From NCBI GenBank assembly GCA_049999805.1, contig JBNGIO010005430.1:1-44100 (forward strand): DNA of 44,100 nt, written 5' to 3'. Origin of the DNA: Folioceros fuciformis. Lineage: Eukaryota. Below the pieces are notes generated by a model. It worked only from the letters and a program-made list of their open reading frames with translations. It did not search any database and had not been told where the DNA came from. Both the position numbers and the translations under genes were made by a program. Shown here piece after piece: positions 34,871 through 44,100 of the stretch. How positions within the stretch are numbered: position 1 is the stretch's first letter; each line of letters opens with the position of its first letter.

Positions 34871-37423
34871 TCACGCAAAGAAGTGGCTATTTGCAACTTG
34901 CTTGACTCTCAGATGTCGGACATACCCAACGGAAAAACTGTGAACTAACCCATCCGTGCCGGCCCACCAGCTTTGCCCTGGCTGTTGCTTCCATGCCCTG
35001 CTCCTTCTTCTACTGGCATGGATCTTCTCTGCCTGTTCCCACATCTGGACACTGGTGTATATGTTCAACATCAACACATGTGCTGCAGCATCTTTCATGT
35101 CCAGCTTCACTGCTTCTTCAAAAGCATGGTGTCCAACTTCCAAATTGCTCCACTTTTGACAAGCGCCCAACAGCGTGTGCCAGATTGTAGGATTAGGAAC
35201 TGTGGGCATTGTCCTTACCAGACCCAGTGCCTCATCCAGTAGTCCAGCACGGCCCAGGAGGTCCACCATACATGTGTAATGCTCCACGGTGGGAGTGATG
35301 CCGTACTCTCTGGTCATAGCCTCAAAGTACTCTCGACCCTTGGTCACTAGACCTGCATGACTGCATACCGTTAGCACGCTAAGGAATGTGATGCCCACTG
35401 GTGGTATACCTTCCACTGTCATTGTCTTAACCAAGTCAAAGACTGATTCACTGTCTCCTTGGCAGGTGTAGCCTGCGATCAATGCACTCCAGGCCACAAT
35501 ATCTCTTTTGGGCAATGCATCAAACATCTGCTGTGCGTCAGCCATGCTGCCTGATTTTCCATACATGTTGATCAAACTGCAAGCTAAAAGAACGTCACCT
35601 TGAAGTCCTTGTTCTTCTATCTGGGCATGTAGTTGCCTTCCCAAACTCAAAGCTGCCACATTTGCACAAGCCTGAAGGAGGCACACGAATGTCACGGAGT
35701 CAGGTGCAGTGATGCCCTCTTCTACCATAGCCTTGTAGACAAGAAGGGCTTCCTGGCCCCTGCCCTCCTGGGAATACCCTGAAATCATTGCGTTCCATGT
35801 CACAGAATCCTTTTGACCGAGTCCGTTAAACACTTTCCGGGCATCCTCTAGACTGCCACACTTGGAGTACATGTTTACCAGACTGCTGACCACAAACACA
35901 TCAGCCTGATGTCCGCCTCCTTTAATCTGCGCATGGAGGTGCTTCCCCATCTTCAAAGCTGGGATGCCCACACTTGCACAGGCCTGCAAGAGGCACACAA
36001 ATGTCACAGAATCAGGCGCAGCAATTCCTCCCTCTTGCATAGCACTGTGAAGATGAAGGGCTTCTTGGCCCATGCCGTGCTGTGAATATCCTGCTATCAT
36101 GGCATTCCAAGTCACCACATCTTTCTGACCAAGCCTGTCAAATTCCCTCTGAGCGTCTCCGAGGCTACCACACTTTGCGTACATGTTTACCAAACTGTTA
36201 CATACAAACACATTAGCTTGATACCCTCGGTCTTTAATCTGCAAGTGAAGCTGCCTTCCTTTCTCCAAAGCTGTGAAGCCCACAGTTGCGCATGCCTGCA
36301 GGAGGCACACAAATGTTACAGGATCAGGTGCAGCCGTACCTCCCTCTTCCATAGCACTGTACACACGAAGGGCTTCCTGGCCGAAGCCCATGTTGGCATA
36401 TCCCGCTATCAAGGCATTCCATGCCACGACACTTTTCTGGCCAAGGTCGTCATGCACTCTCTGGGCCTCTTCCAAGCACCCACATTTCGCATACATGTTT
36501 ACCAAACTGCTTGCTACAAAGACATCAACTTCATGTCCTGATTCTGCAAGTTGCGCATGAAGCTCCTTCCCCTTCTCCAAAGCTCCGGCTCCCACATTTG
36601 CACATGCCTGAAAGAGGCAGGCAAATGTAACAGAATCGGGTACAACCTTGCCGTCTTCTTGCATCACAGTGTACAGATGAAGGGCCTCCAGACCCATGCC
36701 CTGCTGAGAATAACCTGCTATCATGGTGTTCCAGGTCACTACATCCTTCTGCACAAGTCCGTCAAACACTCTTTGAGCCTCTTCCAAGCTGCCACACTTA
36801 GCATACATATCCACCAAGCCATTACAGACACACAAATGAGGCTCAACCCCACTGCTCAAGACATCAGCATGCACCTGCTGCCCAGACGTCAAGTCTGCTC
36901 CCCTTGCACAAGCCTGAAGTGCTGCCACAAATACATGGCCGTCTGGCTGCACGCTGGACATTCGCATCCGATGGTAAAGTTCTATGGCCCGCCTATCTTG
37001 CCCATGTCTAACATGAGCAGAAATGATAGACGACCACATGAAAGCATCGGGTTGGGCAACCACGTTGAACACATCCACAGCGTCTTGCAACCTGCCATGA
37101 GATGCATACATCCGCAGGATGTGGTTGCACAGGAATGTGTCCGATTGACACCCTTTTTTCACCGTTAACCCATGGACACGGCGACCAAGAACAAGATCCC
37201 TTTGCACTGCACATTTCTTCAGGATAGCATAGAACAAACACTTGGAGATGCAACAGTCCGTCTGCACCAGAATTCCCAAAGCCTCAACAGCCTCATCGAG
37301 ATGGCCCTGATGGCAAAGCTCGTTCACGGTTCCAGCCACCACTGCCCTAAAGAATCGGGCTGCCAAGGTGCTACACCTGACAGGACCTCTTCCCACAGAT
37401 ATTGTGAACCTCAAGACAGCCAT
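34871..37423 (-). CDS. PLS-class PPR protein with E1/E2 and a WW-type PG box; DYW domain lost or truncated
   Basis: An intronless ~850-codon ORF with about 6 PLS triplets, E motifs (IWHTLLGACQKWSN...), then WKQQPGQSWWAGTDGLVHSFSVG and a stop. The first in-frame ATG is at 37423. An upstream exon is possible (acceptor near 37451). Confidence 0.93.
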   Translation of the reverse strand: MAVLRFTISVGRGPVRCSTLAARFFRAVVAGTVNELCHQGHLDEAVEALGILVQTDCCISKCLFYAILKKCAVQRDLVLGRRVHGLTVKKGCQSDTFLCNHILRMYASHGRLQDAVDVFNVVAQPDAFMWSSIISAHVRHGQDRRAIELYHRMRMSSVQPDGHVFVAALQACARGADLTSGQQVHADVLSSGVEPHLCVCNGLVDMYAKCGSLEEAQRVFDGLVQKDVVTWNTMIAGYSQQGMGLEALHLYTVMQEDGKVVPDSVTFACLFQACANVGAGALEKGKELHAQLAESGHEVDVFVASSLVNMYAKCGCLEEAQRVHDDLGQKSVVAWNALIAGYANMGFGQEALRVYSAMEEGGTAAPDPVTFVCLLQACATVGFTALEKGRQLHLQIKDRGYQANVFVCNSLVNMYAKCGSLGDAQREFDRLGQKDVVTWNAMIAGYSQHGMGQEALHLHSAMQEGGIAAPDSVTFVCLLQACASVGIPALKMGKHLHAQIKGGGHQADVFVVSSLVNMYSKCGSLEDARKVFNGLGQKDSVTWNAMISGYSQEGRGQEALLVYKAMVEEGITAPDSVTFVCLLQACANVAALSLGRQLHAQIEEQGLQGDVLLACSLINMYGKSGSMADAQQMFDALPKRDIVAWSALIAGYTCQGDSESVFDLVKTMTVEGIPPVGITFLSVLTVCSHAGLVTKGREYFEAMTREYGITPTVEHYTCMVDLLGRAGLLDEALGLVRTMPTVPNPTIWHTLLGACQKWSNLEVGHHAFEEAVKLDMKDAAAHVLMLNIYTSVQMWEQAEKIHASRRRSRAWKQQPGQSWWAGTDGLVHSFSVGYVRHLRVKQVANSHFFA

Positions 37424-37949
37424 GGGTTGTAGCACGCCCACGCCCTGAACCTGCAGGGTGCGGAGAGGGCGATGTTGCTACACCGTTGGACGATATACCG
37501 CCCCATGGACGAGCTTCCTGGTGAACACATTCACAGTGCCGTTCTATGTGAATGCACATGCTTAGGGGTGGCCGCAGTTGGGCTTCTCTCGAACACCATG
37601 AATCTGACGTTACCATTTCAGAGTTCCAGGAGTAGACCTGCGAAATAGTCGAAGCAATATCTCTCTTGCCACATTTTCTTCAGAATGAGGTTCATGGCCA
37701 GCAAGTTGCTGGCCCTGCGGAGCATCTGAGAATGGCTTTTGAGGTTGCCGCCGTGTCCAACATTCACTTGATCACTTTGAATGCTATCTCCTCTGCAAAC
37801 TTAAAGACTAGGTGCACAAACGGCTGAGATTGATCCAGCTCTTGGGCAATTCGACTACCCTGCCTGTGAAAAGGGAACACCACGGAATTCCGCACGAGCA
37901 AATGGAACCTGTGAAAATGTATGAACTAAACATGGACAAGGTCACAACT

Positions 37950-39830
37950 TTATCTAATATTTGGCCTGAATATCCATGGCGGCCAGTCCCTAAGAGACTA
38001 CATTTAAGAGCTTTTCACGAGGACATGATTCCCATAACATCTTGCATCAACAGTGTCTTCATAATTCTTGTATGGATATTACGCGGCACCATCAGCTATC
38101 CTGCCTTCACTTTGCGAAGGATGCTAACCTTCGAAGTAATTTGAAGATACTGCAAACCAGACTTGTTACCTCCAAAGTACTAGCTAGATCACTTAGCCCT
38201 AAGAGTATAATTATGGATTGTGCAACCCACAGCATGCATTGTCTTCTTTGCGTCCATGCCATCAGTTGACAGTAACAAACACTTCTGCAGTTGGACATAG
38301 CTTACGGAATCAAATACTTTTTGCAGTTGCTCATAGCTTTTGGAAACCAATGCTTCTGCAGTTTGACATGGCCTTTGCTTTTATCAATTTCTTCCTCTCG
38401 ATTCATTCTCCATGAAGTGCTTCGTAATCTGTACCCATCTGCACGTCAAAGCGAAGAACCACATTAGCCTATCTGCTCAAACGGTCATATGCCAGCGAGT
38501 CAGGGCAAGTATACACGCTTTTTGGACCATGCAACACCGCGAATTACAAGGACATGGTTGACAGTCAGCATAACAGCAATGGATCCTGCACGGCACGACA
38601 TGCAACAGAGCAGACAAAGGACCCGCCACGTCAAGGAAGAGTCTTAAACATACTACGTATCAGGCCCGACATAGACTCCGCGTCGGCGGCCGCGCATGCA
38701 ATGCAGACACAGCATTCCAGCCGGACTGGCGAACTACGGTAATACCAGATCTGGTTTGACAAGATAGAATCAAATCCTGCTATCGGTCCGTTACAGGAGG
38801 CAGACTCGGACACCGGCTGGCCGGCGTCCTTGTCTGCGACTATGTTTGCAAACTGCTTGGCAGGTAGGTGGCAAAGTCGCTCTTTCATCGATCGACTGAC
38901 GGCCTACACACAGCAAAGTCCGCATGCAGTCCCTGCGCCTGCTGAGCTAAGGTGCTATCACCTGCGACCCCCCCGCTCCCTGAATCTGAGGGACATTGGA
39001 CGCCGGCATACCGGAGTCCTCCCCTTTCAATTCAACCCGGCATGACCCCGACTGAGACAAAATATCAGGGTCATGGCCTGCGTCATCTTTGCGCGGGATC
39101 CTCCCCTTTCAATTCACGCAACCAAAACACCGACTGGGGCAAGACAGCAGGACTGGCTGCCAGCTAGTGTGATGCGAATGTTGAACTTCAGTCCGGCGAG
39201 AAAGGAGCAGGTGGAAAACCTGTTTCACTTCGTGATCTTCATGCGCTTTGAGACCTTGACGTGCTTGAAGCTCTCGTCCCAGAGCTTGAGGAAATAGGCG
39301 TATAAAACAAACCGAACACATCTTTCCTCCATAAACCAGCAGTACTTTGTCCAAGCCTCCAGCTTCGAGAAGATGTCCGGGAGATTGTAGACGTCCACGG
39401 TTGGAAGTCTTTCTGCCGTGCGCAAGAATGTATAATCCATCCATGCAATCGCATCGACAGCATGTGAGGGCTGCAGGCGTAAATTTAGCGTGCTCCCATT
39501 CCACGGTACATTACACAGGACTCTGGTTTTCAGCTCTTCGTATCTTGCGTGTCTGATGCAGTAAAGGCGCCGAAATGCTTTCAAACAACAGCGAATCGGC
39601 CATTTCCACATCACATACGTCTGCACTTTCTCTGTTCCTTCCCAACTGCTATCCAGTCTGACTCCAGGAATGTCTCCTGTTCAGACCTCCCCAGTCGCAA
39701 AAATCTGTACCTCTGCTCTTGGAATCCTTCTTTCGAAAGCTTCACCAGGCACGATTTCGAACAGCAAGGTCTTGCAAAGTCCTGCAACACACAGTCGCCT
39801 TCACTTTTCCTCAAGAAAACGCCCGCAGCA
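37950..39830 (-). mobile_element. degenerate DNA-transposase-like relic (Cys-rich N-terminal part plus DGMD motif)
   Basis: Broken frames read CCSKSCLVKL..., CCLKAFRRLYCI...R, AIAWMDYTF..AERLP, YFLKLWDESFKHVKV...NRFSTC, ERKKLIKAKA and LSTDGMDAKKT (38252-38263). The pattern resembles eukaryotic DUF7869-type transposase-like proteins, recalled from memory and not searched. Multiple stops and frameshifts. Confidence 0.55.
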
Positions 39831-40480
39831 CGCCTCTTTTGCATTCGGAAAATAGCTTGCAAGCTTGTAAACAACCATCGAGTATAGTTGATGTTTAATG
39901 TTCCATCGTTTAAAAAAATCATCACATGTCTTTGAAGAACTTCTACCGGAAGGTGAAGACTTTATTGTATATGTAATAGACAGATAAAGTAATTCTTCAC
40001 AACGTTTAAATTTTGTACCCCTATATCGTGGTAGGGATGGCATTGGTACTTCTTCTTCAACCTTATTTGCAAGCTCTTCAACTTGAGGGAATAGTGAATA
40101 CCACCACACTAACCCTTCAATAGGGACAAAACCCTAAACCCTTGATATCTTCCTTTTTCTTAGTACTTTCTACTTCTCCAAGTCTACCATAAAATTTAAA
40201 GTCATTCACTCCTCTTCTTCCATTTACCTACCCCACCTTAGCCGGCTAAATATCATACCTAGTCTGCCACCCAGTGGTAGTCCTTTGTGAAAGAAACGAG
40301 CTTTCTCACATGGCAATTTGTCACACTTCTCTCTTTTGCCCTTTAATCAATGTCTAGTGCATACAAGTATTGTAGCTATATTAAAGCACCAAAGCTCCTT
40401 CTATGGGTAGGAAGCATGCACAGCATTCATCTTAACGTAGCACCAAAGCAAATGCTGAAAATGTAAAGCATGCAAACCAT

Positions 40481-40635
40481 TCATTCAGGGAGAGACTAGT
40501 GATTGCTACTACTTCAATTTCATGGAACACCACTCATTTCAGGATATGCTAGTAATTGCTACAACTTCAATTCCATGGAACGCTAGTCATTTGAGGAGAT
40601 ACTAGTAATTGCTACAATTGTAATGCAATGGAACA
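40481..40635. repeat. tandem repeat, ~3 x 53 bp
   Basis: TCATT..GGA.A..CTAGTRATTGCTAC.AC/TTCAAT..CATGGAAC at 40481, 40534 and 40587. Confidence 0.85.
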
Positions 40636-40942
40636 TAGAGACACCAACTTGTTCCCTTATGGGCTTGCACCATGTTTTATGCTAAAACGTGAAACATTTT
40701 AATCATATTTGTGGACAACTAATAATATATTTTTAAACCCATGGAACGGCGGAGAATGTACCTTTTGAGAAGATCCCAATAACTATTTAGGGAATTCCCA
40801 TTTATCCCATTGTCTACCGTAATAAGAAATGGGAGTAGGGCCGAAGGTCCCATTTAGTAAGGGTTAACTATAGAACCCTATACACAACACATTTCCTTCA
40901 AGGGGGTTGTCCTGTTTTACGTTTCCTAGGTGCTAGCCCCTT

Positions 40943-41189
40943 CAAATATCATTCTCAGAAACTACCTACTGCTCCCAAAATGACATGATGTGGAATAATA
41001 AAAGTCCTACCTACCACCTGTGCTAAAGCAGCCGTTTAAGCTACGCTTGTTATAGTTCTTAAAACCGCATTGGCCAATGCTCGTTGCAAAGCAATGGATA
41101 CGCGTTGTGAAAAGAAGGCCACCACAGAGGAAAGAGGGAGAACATCATTCCTTTTACTCTAATAAACCTTGGCGCACTCCTTGATAAAC
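40943..41189 (-). mobile_element. short 3'-end copy of an RLE-type non-LTR retroelement
   Basis: About 247 bp, similar but not identical to 41571-41818. It encodes remnants FIKECA and QRVSIALQRALANAV. Confidence 0.6.
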
Positions 41190-41224
41190 AAGGAAGCTTT
41201 GAGATGATAATGCATCACTTTGAG

Positions 41225-41358
41225 ATGATGACTCATTACTTTAACATTTAACATGATGACTCATTACTTCAATATTTAAAATGATGACTCATCACTTTAA
41301 CATTTAACATGATGACTCATTACTTCAATATTTAACATGATGACTCATCACTTTCAAA
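41225..41358. repeat. tandem repeat, ~5 x 28 bp, each containing ATGACTCAT
   Basis: ATGATGACTCATYACTTYAAYATTTAAM at 41225, 41253, 41281, 41309 and 41337. Confidence 0.93.
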
Positions 41359-41470
41359 TGATAACAGAATAATTCCTATTATTGAAAAAAAAAGATGGAA
41401 AGTCCCATTTCCTCCAAAGATCAGAGTAACAACTCGAACAAGGCCAAAGGCCAAAATGGGTACTAGCCTN

Positions 41471-41570
41471 NNNNNNNNNNNNNNNNNNNNNNNNNNNNNN
41501 NNNNNNNNNNNNNNNNNNNNNNNNNNNNNNNNNNNNNNNNNNNNNNNNNNNNNNNNNNNNNNNNNNNNNT
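41471..41570. other. assembly gap (100 N)
   Basis: Run of 100 N. Confidence 0.99.
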
Positions 41571-42030
41571 CAAATATCATTCTCAAAAACTACCTACTAC
41601 TCCCAAAATGTCATGATGTGGAATAATAAAAGTTCTACCTACCACCTGTGCCAAAGAAGTCGTTTGAGCTACGCTTGTTGCTGTTCTTAAAATCGCATTG
41701 GCCAATGCTCGTTGCAAAACAATGGATACGCGTTGTCAAAAGAAGGCCACCACAAAGGAAAGGTAGAGAACATCATTCCTATTACTCTAATAAACCCTTG
41801 GCGCACTCCTTGATAAACCTTGAAAAGTCCTTACCCATAGCGCCATGTGTCTCGAGAGCAAGGAGATAAAAGTATGCCCGTTTCGCAGGGGAGAGTACTT
41901 ATGGACTTTGGCACTTGCATAACCCTCTGCTGCCCAACCAGGGATTAATGATGACGTGCTCGTAAATTGAATCCCTAGTTGGCTCCGTAACAACCACATA
42001 AGCAACACAAACATGTTCCCCTAGTGAAAA
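41571..42030 (-). mobile_element. degenerate C-terminal restriction-like endonuclease region of a non-LTR retrotransposon (CRE/R2-group-like)
   Basis: Frameshifted translation: VVVTEPTRDS / GWAAEGYASAKVHKYSPL..GHTFI / LALETHGAMGKDFSRFIKECA / FF*QRVSIVLQRALANAIL. This fits the K..KY / ET.G / R.S..LQR..A..I signature of RLE retroelement C-termini. Confidence 0.65.
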
Positions 42031-44100
42031 AATGATGGGCTCTAAGTGAAACCCCATTGCTTTTATACAAGGGAGGCTTAGAGACCCTTCAACCCTTCCT
42101 TAGACAAGGAGGTGAAAGGAGATAGAGCCTTATGAGCCTCCAAACGTAAAGAATTCCTGGCTTGCGTAAGAGATACCTACAAAGAAAAAACGCCATCTTC
42201 AATGCTTGAGATGAAACCTTCAACAAGAGGAAAATCTTGCAGCATAAAAATGAATGCATGAGATGAGACCTTCAACAAAAGAGAATTCTTGCAAGCAAAA
42301 AACGAGAGGCCAAAATTAGAGCTGAGAAACCAGAGAAAGGCAACTGAGGCATAGGCTTCCATGGCAAAAGCTAACCCCTCTAACCCCTCCAAAGGACTAA
42401 GATCTTAGTCTATACATTAACCCCTCCAAAGCACTAAGCTTAGTCTTAGTCTATACACTGTACCCAACCACTCCAAAAGGCTTTCCCATCATCGATACCC
42501 GATGGCCATTAAGGCAAATACGGTCAGTAGACCCGTGCGGATGCGCAACCTGATGTATCGTGGCTTCATATCGACACATCAACATACGCGACATAGCAGC
42601 AACATCAGTTTCTGGTTCCTATTGCATACTCGGGTTTTTGCACCCGTTCTTTGTACCTCCATTTCCATACCCGACTTTCCATACCCGGGATGGAAGGATT
42701 CCAAACCCGTTGGTTTGAAGTCCAGGTTTCAAATGCACTTCTTATCGCGGGTGAACCGATTTAAAAAGGAAGCGGTGCAGATGCGACAAGACGCCTAATC
42801 TGCTGCCCGCTGCAGATGGAGTCGGCTGGCTTCCTGGTAGTTTTCTTGTCCAAGAGGAGAGTGGCTGTGCTGGTTGAGACTGAGTTTGGGGTTGCGAGGA
42901 TGCGTAAACTCAAGATCTATTTGGTGGCATCAGGGCTGTGCTGCGATTTCTATTAGGATGGCAAAACTCACAATGGTTGCAGCCAAGGTCTTGCTTAAGG
43001 TGGTTTTGCTGGCACACGACTTGTGGGCTCCTAAAAGCCAGAGCTGTCAAGTGGCTGTGGAGCTGAGCCTGCTGGAGAAGAACTTGGAACACCACATGAT
43101 GGCGATGGGCGGCAACCAGTTTTGTTGCAGGAAAACAATAGCTTGGGCTCTTGGCATGTGTCTTGCAAGCAGCTGCCTAATTGTTTGCTGCCTCTGATAC
43201 CGGTGTATGCGGTGCAGTCAATGATGATAGTAAACTTCTGTCAGCCATTTTTGTAGGGGCCTTGGAACAGGAACTTTGGCACGCAATCAAGGATGGGCAC
43301 AAAATTTTGGGCATGGGGTTTCTGGAGGCGCACTGGGACACTAGACAAATACTATCTGAACTCCACTCACTCCGACAGCGTGTGATGATTTTCTTTCAAA
43401 CCACGTTGTTCATTACTTTCCTCGAAGTATGCAGCCTGTGTGTAGCCATTTCATGACAGTGATGCTCCTTTGTAGCACCTTGTTTTTATTTCTCTACTGT
43501 ATGCATGAGGCGTCAGGCCGCAGTGGAGACCATGGCACAGCGGGACGAGCTCCAGTTGGCTTTGTCACAGTTGCAAACTCTGCTCAGAAACCTACACTAG
43601 GACCTCTTCGATAGCAGTTGCCAAATTCTCAGCTTTTAAAACCAGAAGAGTGGATTTTGACCTCTAAGACAAAAAGCATAATTGACCCGATCAAAACTAA
43701 GTGCTATCTGCTATCTTCTCTCAGCACCCTACAAAAGTGGATCGGTCAACTTCTAAAACCAAAAGCCCCCTACAAAAGTGCATCAATCCACTCTTTATCA
43801 ACTAACTATGTTCCACCTCACCGTCTTTTTCTTCTTACACACAACTTCCTCCAAACCAACAAATCGTTTCAGTCTGTTTGTGCCCTCATTCTCAGCAAAA
43901 GTTTCCAACACTTATTTCCGTTGAGGTTGTTCGTATGCTTGTGCTACTAATTGTCTCACCTTCTGTTGAGTTTGCTCCATAATGCAAGCTATCCCAAAAG
44001 CTAAATCTGAATGCTCAAATGTGGTATCACATACTTCAGCACATGCCGTTTTAATAAAATCCAACCGTTTTTCTTTTGCCATCTCCAATTCTGTCTTACA

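Noticed and set aside
39801-40109. Retroelement integrase-like fragment (DDFFKRWNIKH)
   Set aside because: A single short resemblance with no supporting zinc-finger or DDE context.
40127-40142. Telomere-like AAAACCCTAAACCCT
   Set aside because: Only about two units, and such telo-box-like motifs are common by chance.
42816-43950. Short + strand ORFs near the window end
   Set aside because: No recognisable domain or consistent splice model. They could be decayed gene or TE fragments but are unsupported.

Overview
This window is gene-dense eukaryotic nuclear DNA from a land plant, with short GT-AG introns and two 100-N assembly gaps. It is most likely a hornwort (Anthoceros-like), inferred from the co-occurrence of DYW:KP-type and WW-type PLS-PPR genes. 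Genes read by hand, in order: a PLS-DYW:KP PPR (candidate U-to-C RNA editing factor), an unknown intronless 303-codon ORF with a degenerate head-to-head paralog and a ~10-unit repeat array, a CYP72-clan P450, a FAD monooxygenase with a pseudogene fragment, TMEM147, phosphoacetylglucosamine mutase, a HAD 5'-nucleotidase, SERINC, eIF1/SUI1, DJ-1D/PfpI, ATP-citrate lyase A, and a second PLS-PPR with a WW-type PG box and a decayed DYW region. The right end (~37.9-44.1 kb) holds transposon relics (a DGMD-type transposase-like sequence and an RLE non-LTR retroelement) and minisatellites. The best novelty candidates are the DYW:KP variant, the 3.8-6.1 kb unknown ORF-pair and array block, and a two-hairpin structured RNA at ~13.8 kb. 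All calls rest on manual motif recognition. No searches were run.
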